IMG/VR virus record: IMGVR_UViG_3300032770_000001
Location: 187,931 to 251,930 of that record
Source of the DNA: a virus
Length of the DNA stretch: 64,000 nucleotides
Reading direction: 5' to 3' (one strand)
Shown here piece after piece: positions 10,578 through 19,377 of the stretch (the stretch's first letter is position 1; every line of letters starts with the position of its first letter). Made by a program: the position numbers and the translations under genes. A model generated the notes under the pieces. That model did not search any database, was not told the origin of the DNA, and saw only the letters and a list, made by a program, of their open reading frames with translations.

Positions 10578-11078
10578 TTAACTCGCGAGGATAATCCCGT
10601 CCTCAATGTTCACATCTATTGCCGTTGTGCTTGTTGATGTACCGAGCAACTGAGCGATAACACCCACACCTGTCGGAACCACAGCCGTCACACCACCCGG
10701 CGTTGCTTTGTCGCCATAGTAGCGCGTACCCGCCGTCAAGCCAGTGAGTGATGTGTTCTGTCCACCGCTGTAATAGGTCGCCGTTGCCGCACTGCTGTAG
10801 CTGTTCAAAACGTAACCGATAGCCTGATTTCCACCCGACGACCAGACGGCGTTGTAGAGCTTGCCATCTGAAGCCTTGATGTATACGAAGGCTCCCGCCG
10901 CCAAGCTCTCGCCAGCAGTGGCGGTCGCCGCGCCAGATGCGGGAAGCAGGCTTGGGTCAATCGTTCCACCCGCAGTAGTTGAGACGACCACTTCTGCCGC
11001 AGGACCGACCTCAGTTGCGATGACTTCTGTGACTTTGCCACTCGTGGCGTCACGTTCTAAATATTTCGGGGCTGCCAT
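10578..11078 (-). CDS. Small structural protein, paralog B (same conserved N-term)
   Basis: Tandem paralog of 10155..10574. Its 5' end (ATGGCAGCCCCGAAATATTTAGAACGTGA) is nearly identical at DNA level to the neighbour's 5' end. Confidence 0.45.
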   Translation of the reverse strand: MAAPKYLERDATSGKVTEVIATEVGPAAEVVVSTTAGGTIDPSLLPASGAATATAGESLAAGAFVYIKASDGKLYNAVWSSGGNQAIGYVLNSYSSAATATYYSGGQNTSLTGLTAGTRYYGDKATPGGVTAVVPTGVGVIAQLLGTSTSTTAIDVNIEDGIILAS

Positions 11079-11090
11079 GATCTATTTCCT

Positions 11091-11651
11091 TTATGAGAGG
11101 ACAATCGGTAGACCGATTTGAACCTCTATCTGAGTGTTTGAAAGCACAGTTCCAATTGGCAGTTCAAAAGCTGCCGCTGGAGACTGCGGGACTGTTGTCG
11201 TCATTGATCCCCCGGTGCTCAAATAAAGCGTCTGTCCCGGCGTTGTCCAATTCCAACCGAGGTTCGACAAAAAGCCCAACTGCTGTACCTGAACCGGGTC
11301 ACCGGGGTTGACTGCACTCGTGATCGCAATCCCGATGGTTTGAGATGTATCCTGTAAATCCGTGACATCTGCCAAATAAGCGCCTCCATCAGAATGAACG
11401 CTGACCACCTGAAAAGCGTTAATCACTTCCTCTGCGGTCAAAGTTGTGACGATAGCCGAGGACGTAGTGCCGGGAATCAGGCTTGGATCAAGCTGTCCGG
11501 TGTTGGTGGTTATCGGAATCGCCCCCGGTGTGCCGCCTTGCTGGACGACAGGTACGCGCCACTCGGTGCGTCCTTTCTGACCGGGTTTGTCCTTGCGATC
11601 AACTACGACAGAAACGTCAAGGGCGTCCAGAATGGGGTTCTCGGTGCTCAT
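11091..11651 (-). CDS. Structural protein related to the paralog pair (QLDPSLIP motif)
   Basis: Contains TGQLDPSLIPGTTSSAIV, related to TIDPSLLP in the two paralogs. Start placed at internal MSTENPILD (TAATG overlap with the upstream stop) rather than at 11759. Confidence 0.35.
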   Translation of the reverse strand: MSTENPILDALDVSVVVDRKDKPGQKGRTEWRVPVVQQGGTPGAIPITTNTGQLDPSLIPGTTSSAIVTTLTAEEVINAFQVVSVHSDGGAYLADVTDLQDTSQTIGIAITSAVNPGDPVQVQQLGFLSNLGWNWTTPGQTLYLSTGGSMTTTVPQSPAAAFELPIGTVLSNTQIEVQIGLPIVLS

Positions 11652-12160
11652 TAGTAGAACAATGCCTCCATGTCGTATACAAACAGGGCGGCAGCCGTCC
11701 CGGTAAGGGTCTGTGGGGTCTGCGAAGTTCCGATGTTGGTCTCGGCGTAGTACAGCCACACCTTACGATCCCCGGCGTCGAGTGCCTGCGCTCCGGCAGG
11801 TTCGGCTGTCGGACCGTAGTCGGCGGTGGTGAATGGGAAAGTGATCGTGACTGAGTCCTGTACCGTGGCATTCACGACTACCCGGTTGAGAAAATCCGCG
11901 TTCGTGAGCCCGGTCAGGATGATGCGTTGAGTCTTCCGCATGTTGCTGGTGGAATCGACCGTCAGCGTGACGACGTTGCTGAGTACCGTTACGCTCTGGA
12001 TGTTGCCGAGAATAACTTCCGGGTTCGATTCGATCTTTTGAAGCGAATTGATCTCGATAAACTGTTCTTTTTCTTGTGGTTGTGTGGCAGGATCGGGTTT
12101 GTAAATCCAGAAAGCCGCGTGAATGGTCGTATTTGCTTGGAAACCAGTTGTGATTGCCAT
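11651..12160 (-). CDS. Hypothetical structural protein
   Basis: ORF on the late strand. Start placed at MAITTGF, which has a GGAGAG Shine-Dalgarno 3 nt upstream; the track ORF extends to 12214. Confidence 0.35.
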   Translation of the reverse strand: MAITTGFQANTTIHAAFWIYKPDPATQPQEKEQFIEINSLQKIESNPEVILGNIQSVTVLSNVVTLTVDSTSNMRKTQRIILTGLTNADFLNRVVVNATVQDSVTITFPFTTADYGPTAEPAGAQALDAGDRKVWLYYAETNIGTSQTPQTLTGTAAALFVYDMEALFY

Positions 12161-12369
12161 GGGCTCTCCGAATTGGGCACACGTCGCCGTAGCAACGAAA
12201 ACGTGCCTGTCCACAGCCTTGTGATTGGGGCTGCGGCTCTAACTAAAGGATCGAAAGTCGGATCAGGCTTTCACTCGTTTTCTCGTCTTCACCGAGCGGT
12301 GAAAGTCCATAAAGTGGTGAAAATAAAGACAAAAAACCCCTAAAATTCCTACCCTTTTGAGAGCTTAGA

Positions 12370-12379
12370 CTGGTAGAAT
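12370..12379 (+). promoter_or_regulatory. Extended -10 promoter motif CTGGTAGAAT (copy 1)
   Basis: CTGGTAGAAT lies 7 nt upstream of the ATG at 12386. Same decamer recurs at 22781, 39750, 36293 (TATAAT), 34760 (GGTAGAAT) and 41924 (TATTAT). Confidence 0.5.
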
Positions 12380-12385
12380 GTAGGT

Positions 12386-12862
12386 ATGAAATGTTCACGG
12401 ACACACTACAGCCGGATGATCGACTACTCAGCCGTCGCGGGTGGTCGGATAAAGCTGAACCAAGCCATCTATCAGTATGTCCTCGGCATCAACGGTCGCC
12501 GCAGCACCGGGCGCACCCGCAGCCAGATCATGAAGTGGTTCCACGGTACGCCTGAATCTTTCGTGGTCGCCTCCCTGAATGAAGTTTCCGGTGACCGCAT
12601 CCTGTTCGATACCACTACGCGCAAGTTCCGCGTGCGGACGTTCGGTGACGTGAAGCGAGAGCGGGAAATGGAGGCCCTCAGTGCCGCCCCGCCTCCGACG
12701 CCGCTCTTCCTGAACCATTGGATTGGGCAAGCCGAGGACGCCATCCTGCAAGGGCAGACCAAGGCGCAATTCCTCGCCGCCTGCCATATCGAGAATCGCA
12801 TCATCGCTGGAATTGCCTATAATCAAGCCAAAATCGCTGCTAATCGCCGGGGGTCACTATGA
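12386..12862 (+). CDS. Hypothetical protein (first gene of plus-strand block)
   Basis: ORF directly downstream of the conserved promoter motif. Confidence 0.4.
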   Translation: MKCSRTHYSRMIDYSAVAGGRIKLNQAIYQYVLGINGRRSTGRTRSQIMKWFHGTPESFVVASLNEVSGDRILFDTTTRKFRVRTFGDVKREREMEALSAAPPPTPLFLNHWIGQAEDAILQGQTKAQFLAACHIENRIIAGIAYNQAKIAANRRGSL

Positions 12863-13233
12863 TGAATCTGGACAAGGTCCGGGTACAATTTCAGTCTAAG
12901 AACCCGCACGACACGATATTTATCAAGGTGTGGGCTGATGTTAACAACGAGCCGAAGGAACTGTACAAGGCTCTGGAGAAGGTCGGTTTTGAACAGGAGA
13001 AAACCTTCCCCCTGCCGCCCATCGCCGCCTCGTGCTATTATGACGCTGGCTACGCCAAGGGCGATCAGACGCAGATCATCACCCGGTACTTCTGCAAGGA
13101 CGGTACAGGGTTGTTCGGCGGCTGGACGAAAGAAGAGAAGAGGGTCAACCGTGCCGCCGCACGCAAGGTTCTCAGCAAGTTCGGTTTTATCAGCGTCACG
13201 CATCGCAAGCTGACCATTGCCGATATGATGTAG
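12859..13233 (+). CDS. Hypothetical protein
   Basis: ORF with ATGA overlap to the upstream gene. Confidence 0.4.
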   Translation: MMNLDKVRVQFQSKNPHDTIFIKVWADVNNEPKELYKALEKVGFEQEKTFPLPPIAASCYYDAGYAKGDQTQIITRYFCKDGTGLFGGWTKEEKRVNRAAARKVLSKFGFISVTHRKLTIADMM

Positions 13234-13242
13234 GGGAATTCT

Positions 13243-13554
13243 GTGACCGACAACGCATTGCTCGACGTAATCCGGGAGATTCCACAGCAGGCTCAGCGGC
13301 AATATGGCACCGACGAGCAGCTTCGGTACGCGATGGCGGCTGCCAATAAGCTTGGTCTGTACGACGCCGCCGACGTGATCCGCCGTTACGCGGGATTGGA
13401 CGAGTTGGCGAATTTGGCGCAGAAGCACACCTGCACGTATCCCTGTGAGTTCTGTGCGGCTACCGATCCGAACTACAGCTTGAAGAAGCACGCAGAGCGC
13501 CCCGGCGAAGATTGGCGGGATGTCCGGGCAGCACGAGATTTCCGGAGGGACTAA
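13243..13554 (+). CDS. Hypothetical protein
   Basis: ORF; TAATG overlap with the next gene. Confidence 0.4.
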   Translation: MTDNALLDVIREIPQQAQRQYGTDEQLRYAMAAANKLGLYDAADVIRRYAGLDELANLAQKHTCTYPCEFCAATDPNYSLKKHAERPGEDWRDVRAARDFRRD

Positions 13555-14084
13555 TGGGTAGCTTCAAAGAGAGAACGATTCCGTGGCGTTTGATCCGGTG
13601 GACCGACGCCAACAATAAGGAAGTCCGCAGCCTCGTGTTTCACGTGGATGAACTGAAAGAGGTTGTCGATCTGCCATTCCCTGAGGGAGCCGCCTGCCGG
13701 GAACCGATCTACGAATGCTCGACTCTCGCCGGGGCTCGGTTCTTTCGTCGCGACCTCACTAACATTGGTGACTGCTTCACCGAGTTTATCAACCAAGGCA
13801 ACCGGGACTGTCAGGTGGTCGCCATCGACAACAAGACATGGCGTGTCCTGTACGAATACACCATGCCTAATGAAACGTCCGCCCTCCGCTGGTATCAGTG
13901 GGAGAACGGCGTCATGAAAACCGGGCAGATTGCCTACAGCACCCTATCGAAGAAGTGGCTCGACCTGATTGCACAGGAAGGCATAGGCATCGATGGACTG
14001 GTTGGCAACCCGCAGTCCGGCAAGTACGCCATGAAACGCAATTTCGAGAAGCACGGGTACGGAGCCTATGTTAAACACATTTGA
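13554..14084 (+). CDS. Hypothetical protein
   Basis: Start at MGSFKERT, coupled by a TAATG overlap. Confidence 0.4.
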   Translation: MGSFKERTIPWRLIRWTDANNKEVRSLVFHVDELKEVVDLPFPEGAACREPIYECSTLAGARFFRRDLTNIGDCFTEFINQGNRDCQVVAIDNKTWRVLYEYTMPNETSALRWYQWENGVMKTGQIAYSTLSKKWLDLIAQEGIGIDGLVGNPQSGKYAMKRNFEKHGYGAYVKHI

Positions 14085-14553
14085 GATCGAACTGCGCAAG
14101 CGGACGATGGGCATGACGCTCGGCTTCTCCAAATTTTTCGAGCCGAACGAGAAGTTCGTTGCCTACATGAAGAAGCATTTCGCCGAAAAGGTCGTGTTTG
14201 ATGTGGGTGCCGGGGCGGGACATGTGAGCGCGATCCTGAGCGAAAAAGGCATCAAGACCATCGCCCTCGACCTGCACATTCACAGCAACCCGGAGTTCGC
14301 CGTGTTGACGGCGGATGCCGCCACGTTTAAGTACACCAAGCGGTCGGTGGTTATGATCTGCCGCCCCTGCCACGGCAATTTTGTCGAGCAGACGATTGAG
14401 CGTGCCAAGGAATGTAAGGCATCGGTAGTGCTTTACATCGGCTTACATCGCAACATGGCGAACGATCTCGGTGATTTTGCCGATGGCTTTGAGGAAGTAG
14501 CAACCAAGGTCGGCAACGACGGCGAATCGATCTGGAGATACGACATTGGCTAA
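14068..14553 (+). CDS. Putative class I SAM-dependent methyltransferase (small)
   Basis: Motif I-like VVFDVGAGAGHVSAILSEKGIKTIALDL. Confidence 0.35.
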   Translation: MLNTFEIELRKRTMGMTLGFSKFFEPNEKFVAYMKKHFAEKVVFDVGAGAGHVSAILSEKGIKTIALDLHIHSNPEFAVLTADAATFKYTKRSVVMICRPCHGNFVEQTIERAKECKASVVLYIGLHRNMANDLGDFADGFEEVATKVGNDGESIWRYDIG

Positions 14554-14770
14554 AAGACGCAATTTCGCGAAACGGTGCTGCCGCAAGTGCGGGGGCAGGG
14601 TCGGCGTCATCAAGCGTGACCTGTCGCTGCCGAAGCGCAGTCGAATGGACTTGCTCGGTTGCGTAGAGGGGCTCCATCTAAACTGGAGCGGAACCACCGG
14701 GTACGATCTGTTCGATTTCCCGATGAAAGAATCACACGCCGATCCGTTGAAGGGAGTACGACCGCGATGA
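14546..14770 (+). CDS. Small basic Cys-containing protein
   Basis: MAKRRNFAKRCCRKCGGRVGV; possible zinc ribbon. Confidence 0.3.
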   Translation: MAKRRNFAKRCCRKCGGRVGVIKRDLSLPKRSRMDLLGCVEGLHLNWSGTTGYDLFDFPMKESHADPLKGVRPR

Positions 14771-15336
14771 GAATCAAAAAGGCAGTGGTCGAACGCAAGC
14801 AGAGAGCCGCTCAACTCCGCAAGGCACGGCTGAAACGGGCCGTAGTCAAGAATGCGCACAAGATCAAGACCGCCATCGTAGTCGATTACATGGGCTCGGA
14901 TTTCGGCAATCGCACGCCGGAGATGGAGATCAAAGATCATATTGAGCGGTTCAGTGAGTTCGCGGAGCCCGTCAAGCTGGACGTATACACGCCGCACACC
15001 ACCTATCCCGGCGAACTCAAGCCGGGGACTGATCTCGTCCTATTCGACTTCGGCGGCGTCATGTATGGCAATGACCTGATGGCGAACAACTCCCGGCACT
15101 TGCTCCAGTGGGCTGCCGACAACCCGAATTCTCTGGTAGTCATCGTCTCAGTGTTCACCTACGAAAACTGCTTGAAGTTCGAAGCGATGGATTTGGGGCT
15201 GCTCGGTCAGCTTCACAACATCGTGGTGGACTGCAATCTGGACGATAAAGACCCGTGGTATCGCGGGGAGCGTTACAGCCCATTTCCAGAATGGTTTGAG
15301 AAAGCGCACGGCATTCCCTCGAAGGAATACAAGTAG
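14767..15336 (+). CDS. Hypothetical protein
   Basis: Start at MRIKKAVV with ATGA overlap to the upstream stop. Confidence 0.4.
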   Translation: MRIKKAVVERKQRAAQLRKARLKRAVVKNAHKIKTAIVVDYMGSDFGNRTPEMEIKDHIERFSEFAEPVKLDVYTPHTTYPGELKPGTDLVLFDFGGVMYGNDLMANNSRHLLQWAADNPNSLVVIVSVFTYENCLKFEAMDLGLLGQLHNIVVDCNLDDKDPWYRGERYSPFPEWFEKAHGIPSKEYK

Positions 15337-15379
15337 ACGACAGCTTGCATTTTACAGAAAGTTGAGGTAACTTGATCTT

Positions 15380-16294
15380 ATGCGCAGAGGCACGAATCCG
15401 GTTTTTATCCACGTAGCTGCTGACGGCACCCTTCTCACTCCGGAGCGCAACAACCGGGATCAAAGTGCGGTGCTCGATCTCGATCCAACCACCAAGATTC
15501 TCGGTGTTAACCTCGGCTCCGATTACTGCGCCGAGCACGAGTGGGGCATCAAAGACCTTTACCGGGCGTTCGGGATCAAGCATGAGATCAACGTCTACGG
15601 TCTCAAAAAGCGCAAGATCAGCAAGCTGCCGTCTACGCTGGTGTGGGTAAAGTTGGCGGACGGTCGCGAAGGTTTCGCCTACCGCAATTTCTGGTACGAT
15701 AACAAGCCGAAAGAGATTCTCGATAGGGACAGTGAACTGGTGCCCTATGAGACCTACGACCGCACGCTGCGCAAGATGGTGCCTGCCGCCAAGCAACTCG
15801 TCGGGGCGTGGTCTGAGAGCAATTTCGGGGTGTTCTCTAAGAACCCTGACGATATTGCCATGTTGAATGAGATTTACAGTCATTTCGGCAAGAAGAACAT
15901 CGTGTTTACATTCTCCGCTGCTCTTCCGGCGTTCGACAATCCGGGGCTCATCATTGCCATCGCCGACCGCCTGCCAAAGGAAGTCATCAAGATGTGGACG
16001 GACGCCGACAAGGAAGCCCACGAGATCGAGAAATTCGTGGTCAAGAGCAAAATTCGCGAGACCCTCGAAAAGGCTGGCAAGAAGTATTTTGCTTTGAGCC
16101 CCAAGCGTGCCAAGGATGGCACCATCGAGTTCTGGTTGAACCCCTACGATCAGGACAAGAACAACTTCGGCTGGTTCAAGCTTGAAGACCTCCGCGCATG
16201 GGCGAAGGGCGAGGGGCGAATTCCGATGTCCGCCGCACAGCTTTTGGAGCAACATGAGCGGCGTCATGGCAAACAGACAACCGCTGTCCACTAA
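15380..16294 (+). CDS. Hypothetical protein (304 aa)
   Basis: Long ORF with protein-like composition. Confidence 0.45.
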   Translation: MRRGTNPVFIHVAADGTLLTPERNNRDQSAVLDLDPTTKILGVNLGSDYCAEHEWGIKDLYRAFGIKHEINVYGLKKRKISKLPSTLVWVKLADGREGFAYRNFWYDNKPKEILDRDSELVPYETYDRTLRKMVPAAKQLVGAWSESNFGVFSKNPDDIAMLNEIYSHFGKKNIVFTFSAALPAFDNPGLIIAIADRLPKEVIKMWTDADKEAHEIEKFVVKSKIRETLEKAGKKYFALSPKRAKDGTIEFWLNPYDQDKNNFGWFKLEDLRAWAKGEGRIPMSAAQLLEQHERRHGKQTTAVH

Positions 16295-16308
16295 ATTCGA
16301 GGAGTGAT

Positions 16309-16605
16309 ATGCCTGTTGCGACGAAGACCCTCCCCCTTACCTCAGAACTTCTCAAGCTAACCGAGAAGCCCTATGAGGAGTTCAACGCAGTGCTGGAAAC
16401 AGTCCGCACCCGCTTTCCGCTGGATGTCCAGTACGAGACATTCAACAAAGTGCTTTCCGAGGAACTGGTGAATAACCCGCTCCGGCGTGCGACCCGTATT
16501 GCCATTCGTGTAGCAATGGGCGAGAACGTGGACCGTGAACTCAAGCCTTTCAAGTCCTCGCCGCCGTTTGGAGAAAAGAAAAAGAAGAAAAAATTCAAAA
16601 AATAG
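16309..16605 (+). CDS. Hypothetical protein with poly-lysine C-terminus
   Basis: Ends GEKKKKKKFKK, encoded by an A-tract at 16571-16602. Confidence 0.4.
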   Translation: MPVATKTLPLTSELLKLTEKPYEEFNAVLETVRTRFPLDVQYETFNKVLSEELVNNPLRRATRIAIRVAMGENVDRELKPFKSSPPFGEKKKKKKFKK

Positions 16606-16640
16606 TTGACAAACATTTTGAACTACGGTATTGGTATAGC
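16606..16640 (+). promoter_or_regulatory. Sigma70-like promoter candidate (TTGACA -35, with TATTGG / TGGTATAGC -10)
   Basis: TTGACA at 16606-16611; TATTGG lies 17 bp downstream; it overlaps TGGTATAGC, which resembles the recurrent TGGTA(G/T)AAT element. Confidence 0.35.
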
Positions 16641-16706
16641 AGAGAGATTAACGGAGCGCCCTCTTGGTCGGGGGCTTTCCACTTAAAAAGTTTTGAAGTT
16701 CGGGTC

Positions 16707-16730
16707 GGCCATATCAGCCGTTCCTTCTAC
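16707..16730 (+). repeat. Direct repeat copy 1 (GGCCATATCAGCCGTTCCTTCTAC)
   Basis: 23/24 identical to the copy at 17020..17043; the two copies are about 290 bp apart in the leader of the 740-aa gene. Confidence 0.7.
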
Positions 16731-16748
16731 ATTCACTCGGACAAAGAA

Positions 16749-16770
16749 CCCGGAGAATCTCGGCTCCGGG
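16749..16770 (+). other. GC-rich hairpin (CCCGGAG-8 nt-CTCCGGG)
   Basis: Perfect 7-bp inverted repeat inside the long intergenic leader. Confidence 0.5.
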
Positions 16771-16804
16771 AAAATACGTCTGGTGATTTCCGACCCAAAA
16801 ATGG

Positions 16805-16827
16805 CCGGGGGAATCGAGAGCCCCCGG
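16805..16827 (+). other. GC-rich hairpin (CCGGGGG-9 nt-CCCCCGG)
   Basis: Perfect 7-bp inverted repeat. Confidence 0.5.
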
Positions 16828-16981
16828 TCGAAAAGATTGTGATTGTCAGTACGACTAGCAACCGAACTGACCCGGCCTACGGCGGTCCGCGAGGAACCGT
16901 GGGGAAATTTTGAAATAGAGCACCCAAAGCGGTCGGGTCTCGTGGGTAGCGGATGGGCAACCAAGCCGCACAGAATCCCAC

Positions 16982-17006
16982 CCCCGGAAACGGGGCATTG
17001 ATTTTT
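16982..17006 (+). other. Hairpin with GAAA tetraloop (CCCCG-GAAA-CGGGG) followed by a T-run; possible internal terminator or attenuator
   Basis: 5-bp GC stem, GNRA-type loop, then CATTGATTTTTG. Confidence 0.35.
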
Positions 17007-17019
17007 GAAAAGCTTGGAC

Positions 17020-17043
17020 GGCCATATCAGCCCTTCCTTCTAC
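17020..17043 (+). repeat. Direct repeat copy 2 (GGCCATATCAGCCCTTCCTTCTAC)
   Basis: Immediately followed by TTGACC and, about 55 nt later, by AAAGGA-N8-ATG of the 740-aa gene. Confidence 0.7.
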
Positions 17044-17105
17044 TTGACCTTTACTCAAAAATAGGTCTGATGCTTTCCGTCCAATTAGTTTGAAAGGATA
17101 CGCCA

Positions 17106-19328
17106 ATGAGCAACAATTCGATTCTGATCCGTCGTGCAAACAAGTTCCTCGTCGAGGACAAGGGCACCAAGACCCGTGTATCCAACGCGGCTCTGGCTGC
17201 ATTCAACAAGAACCTTCAGGACTTGGGTTACACCTTGTCCGCGAAGGCGATTCGCACTCTCCAGAAGCCGGGTGTGTCTGCCCCGTTCTCCGAGATCGTG
17301 GATGTCCTCAAGGAACTCCGTGGCGTCCGCAACTATCGTCCGATGTATCCGAACTTCCCGACTCAGGTCTTGGAAGCGGACGAAGCAGAGTTGTATCTGA
17401 ACGCCATCTTCCACTATTTTTCTTTCGTGGTCGCCGACGCTGTGAATGATTCCAGCGTGATTTGGCTGCCGAAGTACAAGAAGGATCGTCGTGAGCCGCT
17501 GGACGAGAAGGTGCAGTTGACCGTTCTCGAAATCGGCACCGAGGACGATCTGGCAGCGATTGCGGCCCGTATCGCGATGTCGAACACGTCCATCTCCGCG
17601 ACGGACAAGGAAGACCTCCGTTCGCTCATCAAGGATGGCTACCTGCACATCGGTGCGGGTCAGGGCAAGGTCGGTAAGATTCCGAACAAGGAAAATCTCG
17701 CGGTCGTGGGTGCAGTCCTGCTGACCGAGAAGATGTCCTTCGGGTTGATTTCTGAGCAGTTCAAGACTGCCACGGATGTTCTCCGTCTCGCGACGGCGCT
17801 CTCCGATGGCGACGTGTCTCTGGCGGCTGACACCAAGTTCAAGTCGCTGCCGCGCTATATCCGCCGTGTTCTGGTTTCGATTTTGGAAGCTGCGGAGAAC
17901 CGCGAAGAGGACATGCTGCGTCACGAGAATCGCTGGGTGAAGCTTGGACACTCGCTGCACATGGGCGAGTTTTACAAGCGTTTCCCGTTCTCCTACGAAG
18001 CGATGCTCAAGCTGCGCAACAAGAGCGCAATGCAGAAGGACCCGATCCGCACCTTTGGTGCGAAGGTTGAGATGGCACTTCGCGAGGGTGAAGTCCGCAA
18101 GGCGATCACCCTGTTGGCGAAGCGTCCGGGTGAGTTTGCCCGTCGTCTCGATCACCTGATGCGTCTCGATGAAGATCGTGCTGAGGCGACCGTGGATGCA
18201 TTCGAGAAGGTCGCGGATGACGTGTCCACGCCTGTGTTGTTGCAGGTGATGGCACACTTCAAGGCGCGTAATACGTCCTCCATGCGTGTGGCGATGCCGA
18301 AGGGCTCTATCGCTAAGGTGCAGGTACTTCCTCCTACGACTTGGAAGCTGGACTATGTCCAGTGCCAGCGTGTTGCCGAAGTGTGCACCAAGGCATTGAC
18401 GGCCCGTTTCTCCAAGCTGGCTCCGCTCGGCAAGGTATATGTGGACGAGAAGTTGCAGAACTACCTCGTTCCGTTCTCGCAGCGTTCCGCCAACAAGAGT
18501 CTGCGCACGATTGTGCGCGGTTCGCAGATCGATCTGGCGAAGGACAAGGACACGATCCGCTTCTTCATCTGGTGGAAGAACATCGACGACCCGGATACGA
18601 AGGCAGCGGGTTGGAGCGGCGACGGTCGCGTAGACCTCGACCTGTCCGCAGTCATCTTTGATGAGAACTGGAAGAGCCTGACCGACATCGCGTGGTACAA
18701 TCTGCGTGCCGACAGCGGCTACAGCCACTTCCGCAGCTTCAAGGCGTGTCACAGCGGTGATATCACGAACGCTCCGAAGGGTGCGTCCGAGTTCATCGAC
18801 ATCGATATTCCGGGTGCGGTTGCCTACGGTGCGCGTTACGTCGTAATGGACGTGCGCTGCTACACGGGGCAGAACCTCAATACCATTCCAGAGTGCTCGG
18901 CAGGCTGGATGCTTCGTGAGAAGCCGAAGTCTGGTGAAGTGTATGAGCCGAAGACTGTTGTGGACCGTATTGACGTTGCGTCCGAAGCTACGTCGGTCAT
19001 GCCTCTGGTGATCGATCTGGTTGAGCGCAAGGTCATCTGGATGGACATCGTGTCCACGAACCGTCGTGCATACAACACGGCAGCGGGTAACCGCGAACAG
19101 GTCGCATTGCTGGCGGATGCTTTCACCAAGATTCGCAAGCCGAACCTGTACGAATTGCTCTCTGCGCACGCGAACGGGCGCGGTAAGCAGGTGTTCGATC
19201 CGGCGAAGGCGGATGTTGTATTCTCCGTTGAGTCCGGTATCCAGTTCGAACTGGACAAGATCGCTTCTGAGTACATGCTGAACGAAGCCCCGGCAAAGCC
19301 GAAGGCGAAGGCTGCCAAGAAGCGTTAA
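17106..19328 (+). CDS. Large protein (740 aa) with C-terminal TerD-like domain
   Basis: Residues ~500-650 (FFIWWKNIDD...GRVDLDLSAVIFDENW...AWYNLRADSG...CHSGDITNAPKGASEFIDIDIPGAVAYGARYVVMDVRCYTG) match the TerD/TerZ fold signature (DLD, hsGDn.tG, dE.i.vdL). N-terminal ~500 aa without recognisable motif. Flanked by a long leader and a strong terminator. Confidence 0.5.
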   Translation: MSNNSILIRRANKFLVEDKGTKTRVSNAALAAFNKNLQDLGYTLSAKAIRTLQKPGVSAPFSEIVDVLKELRGVRNYRPMYPNFPTQVLEADEAELYLNAIFHYFSFVVADAVNDSSVIWLPKYKKDRREPLDEKVQLTVLEIGTEDDLAAIAARIAMSNTSISATDKEDLRSLIKDGYLHIGAGQGKVGKIPNKENLAVVGAVLLTEKMSFGLISEQFKTATDVLRLATALSDGDVSLAADTKFKSLPRYIRRVLVSILEAAENREEDMLRHENRWVKLGHSLHMGEFYKRFPFSYEAMLKLRNKSAMQKDPIRTFGAKVEMALREGEVRKAITLLAKRPGEFARRLDHLMRLDEDRAEATVDAFEKVADDVSTPVLLQVMAHFKARNTSSMRVAMPKGSIAKVQVLPPTTWKLDYVQCQRVAEVCTKALTARFSKLAPLGKVYVDEKLQNYLVPFSQRSANKSLRTIVRGSQIDLAKDKDTIRFFIWWKNIDDPDTKAAGWSGDGRVDLDLSAVIFDENWKSLTDIAWYNLRADSGYSHFRSFKACHSGDITNAPKGASEFIDIDIPGAVAYGARYVVMDVRCYTGQNLNTIPECSAGWMLREKPKSGEVYEPKTVVDRIDVASEATSVMPLVIDLVERKVIWMDIVSTNRRAYNTAAGNREQVALLADAFTKIRKPNLYELLSAHANGRGKQVFDPAKADVVFSVESGIQFELDKIASEYMLNEAPAKPKAKAAKKR

Positions 19329-19343
19329 CGGAAGTCTTTCCTA

Positions 19344-19377
19344 CAGGGCTCCCCCAAAATGGGAGCCCTTTCTATTT
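19344..19377 (+). terminator. Rho-independent terminator
   Basis: AGGGCTCCC-ccaaaat-GGGAGCCCT stem-loop followed by TTCTATTTG, 16 nt after the TAA of the 740-aa gene. Confidence 0.8.

Noticed and set aside
15155-16291. 378-aa minus-strand ORF
   Set aside because: Antisense to the 304-aa plus-strand gene inside a co-directional, coupled gene array. Spurious.
16606-17105. Possibility that the long intergenic region is a tRNA or group I intron
   Set aside because: No cloverleaf, no GTTCGAATC-type T-loop, and no P/Q/R/S-like intron elements could be recognised by eye. Kept only as a structured leader or possible sRNA.
17085-19169. 694-aa ORF on the minus strand
   Set aside because: Antisense to the 740-aa TerD-like gene; Arg/His/Leu-rich composition typical of GC-rich antisense frames; no start context. 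Spurious.
17106-19328. Calling the 740-aa protein the major capsid or portal protein
   Set aside because: The only basis is expression context (long leader, strong terminator); no HK97 or portal motif was recognisable, and the C-terminus looks TerD-like instead.
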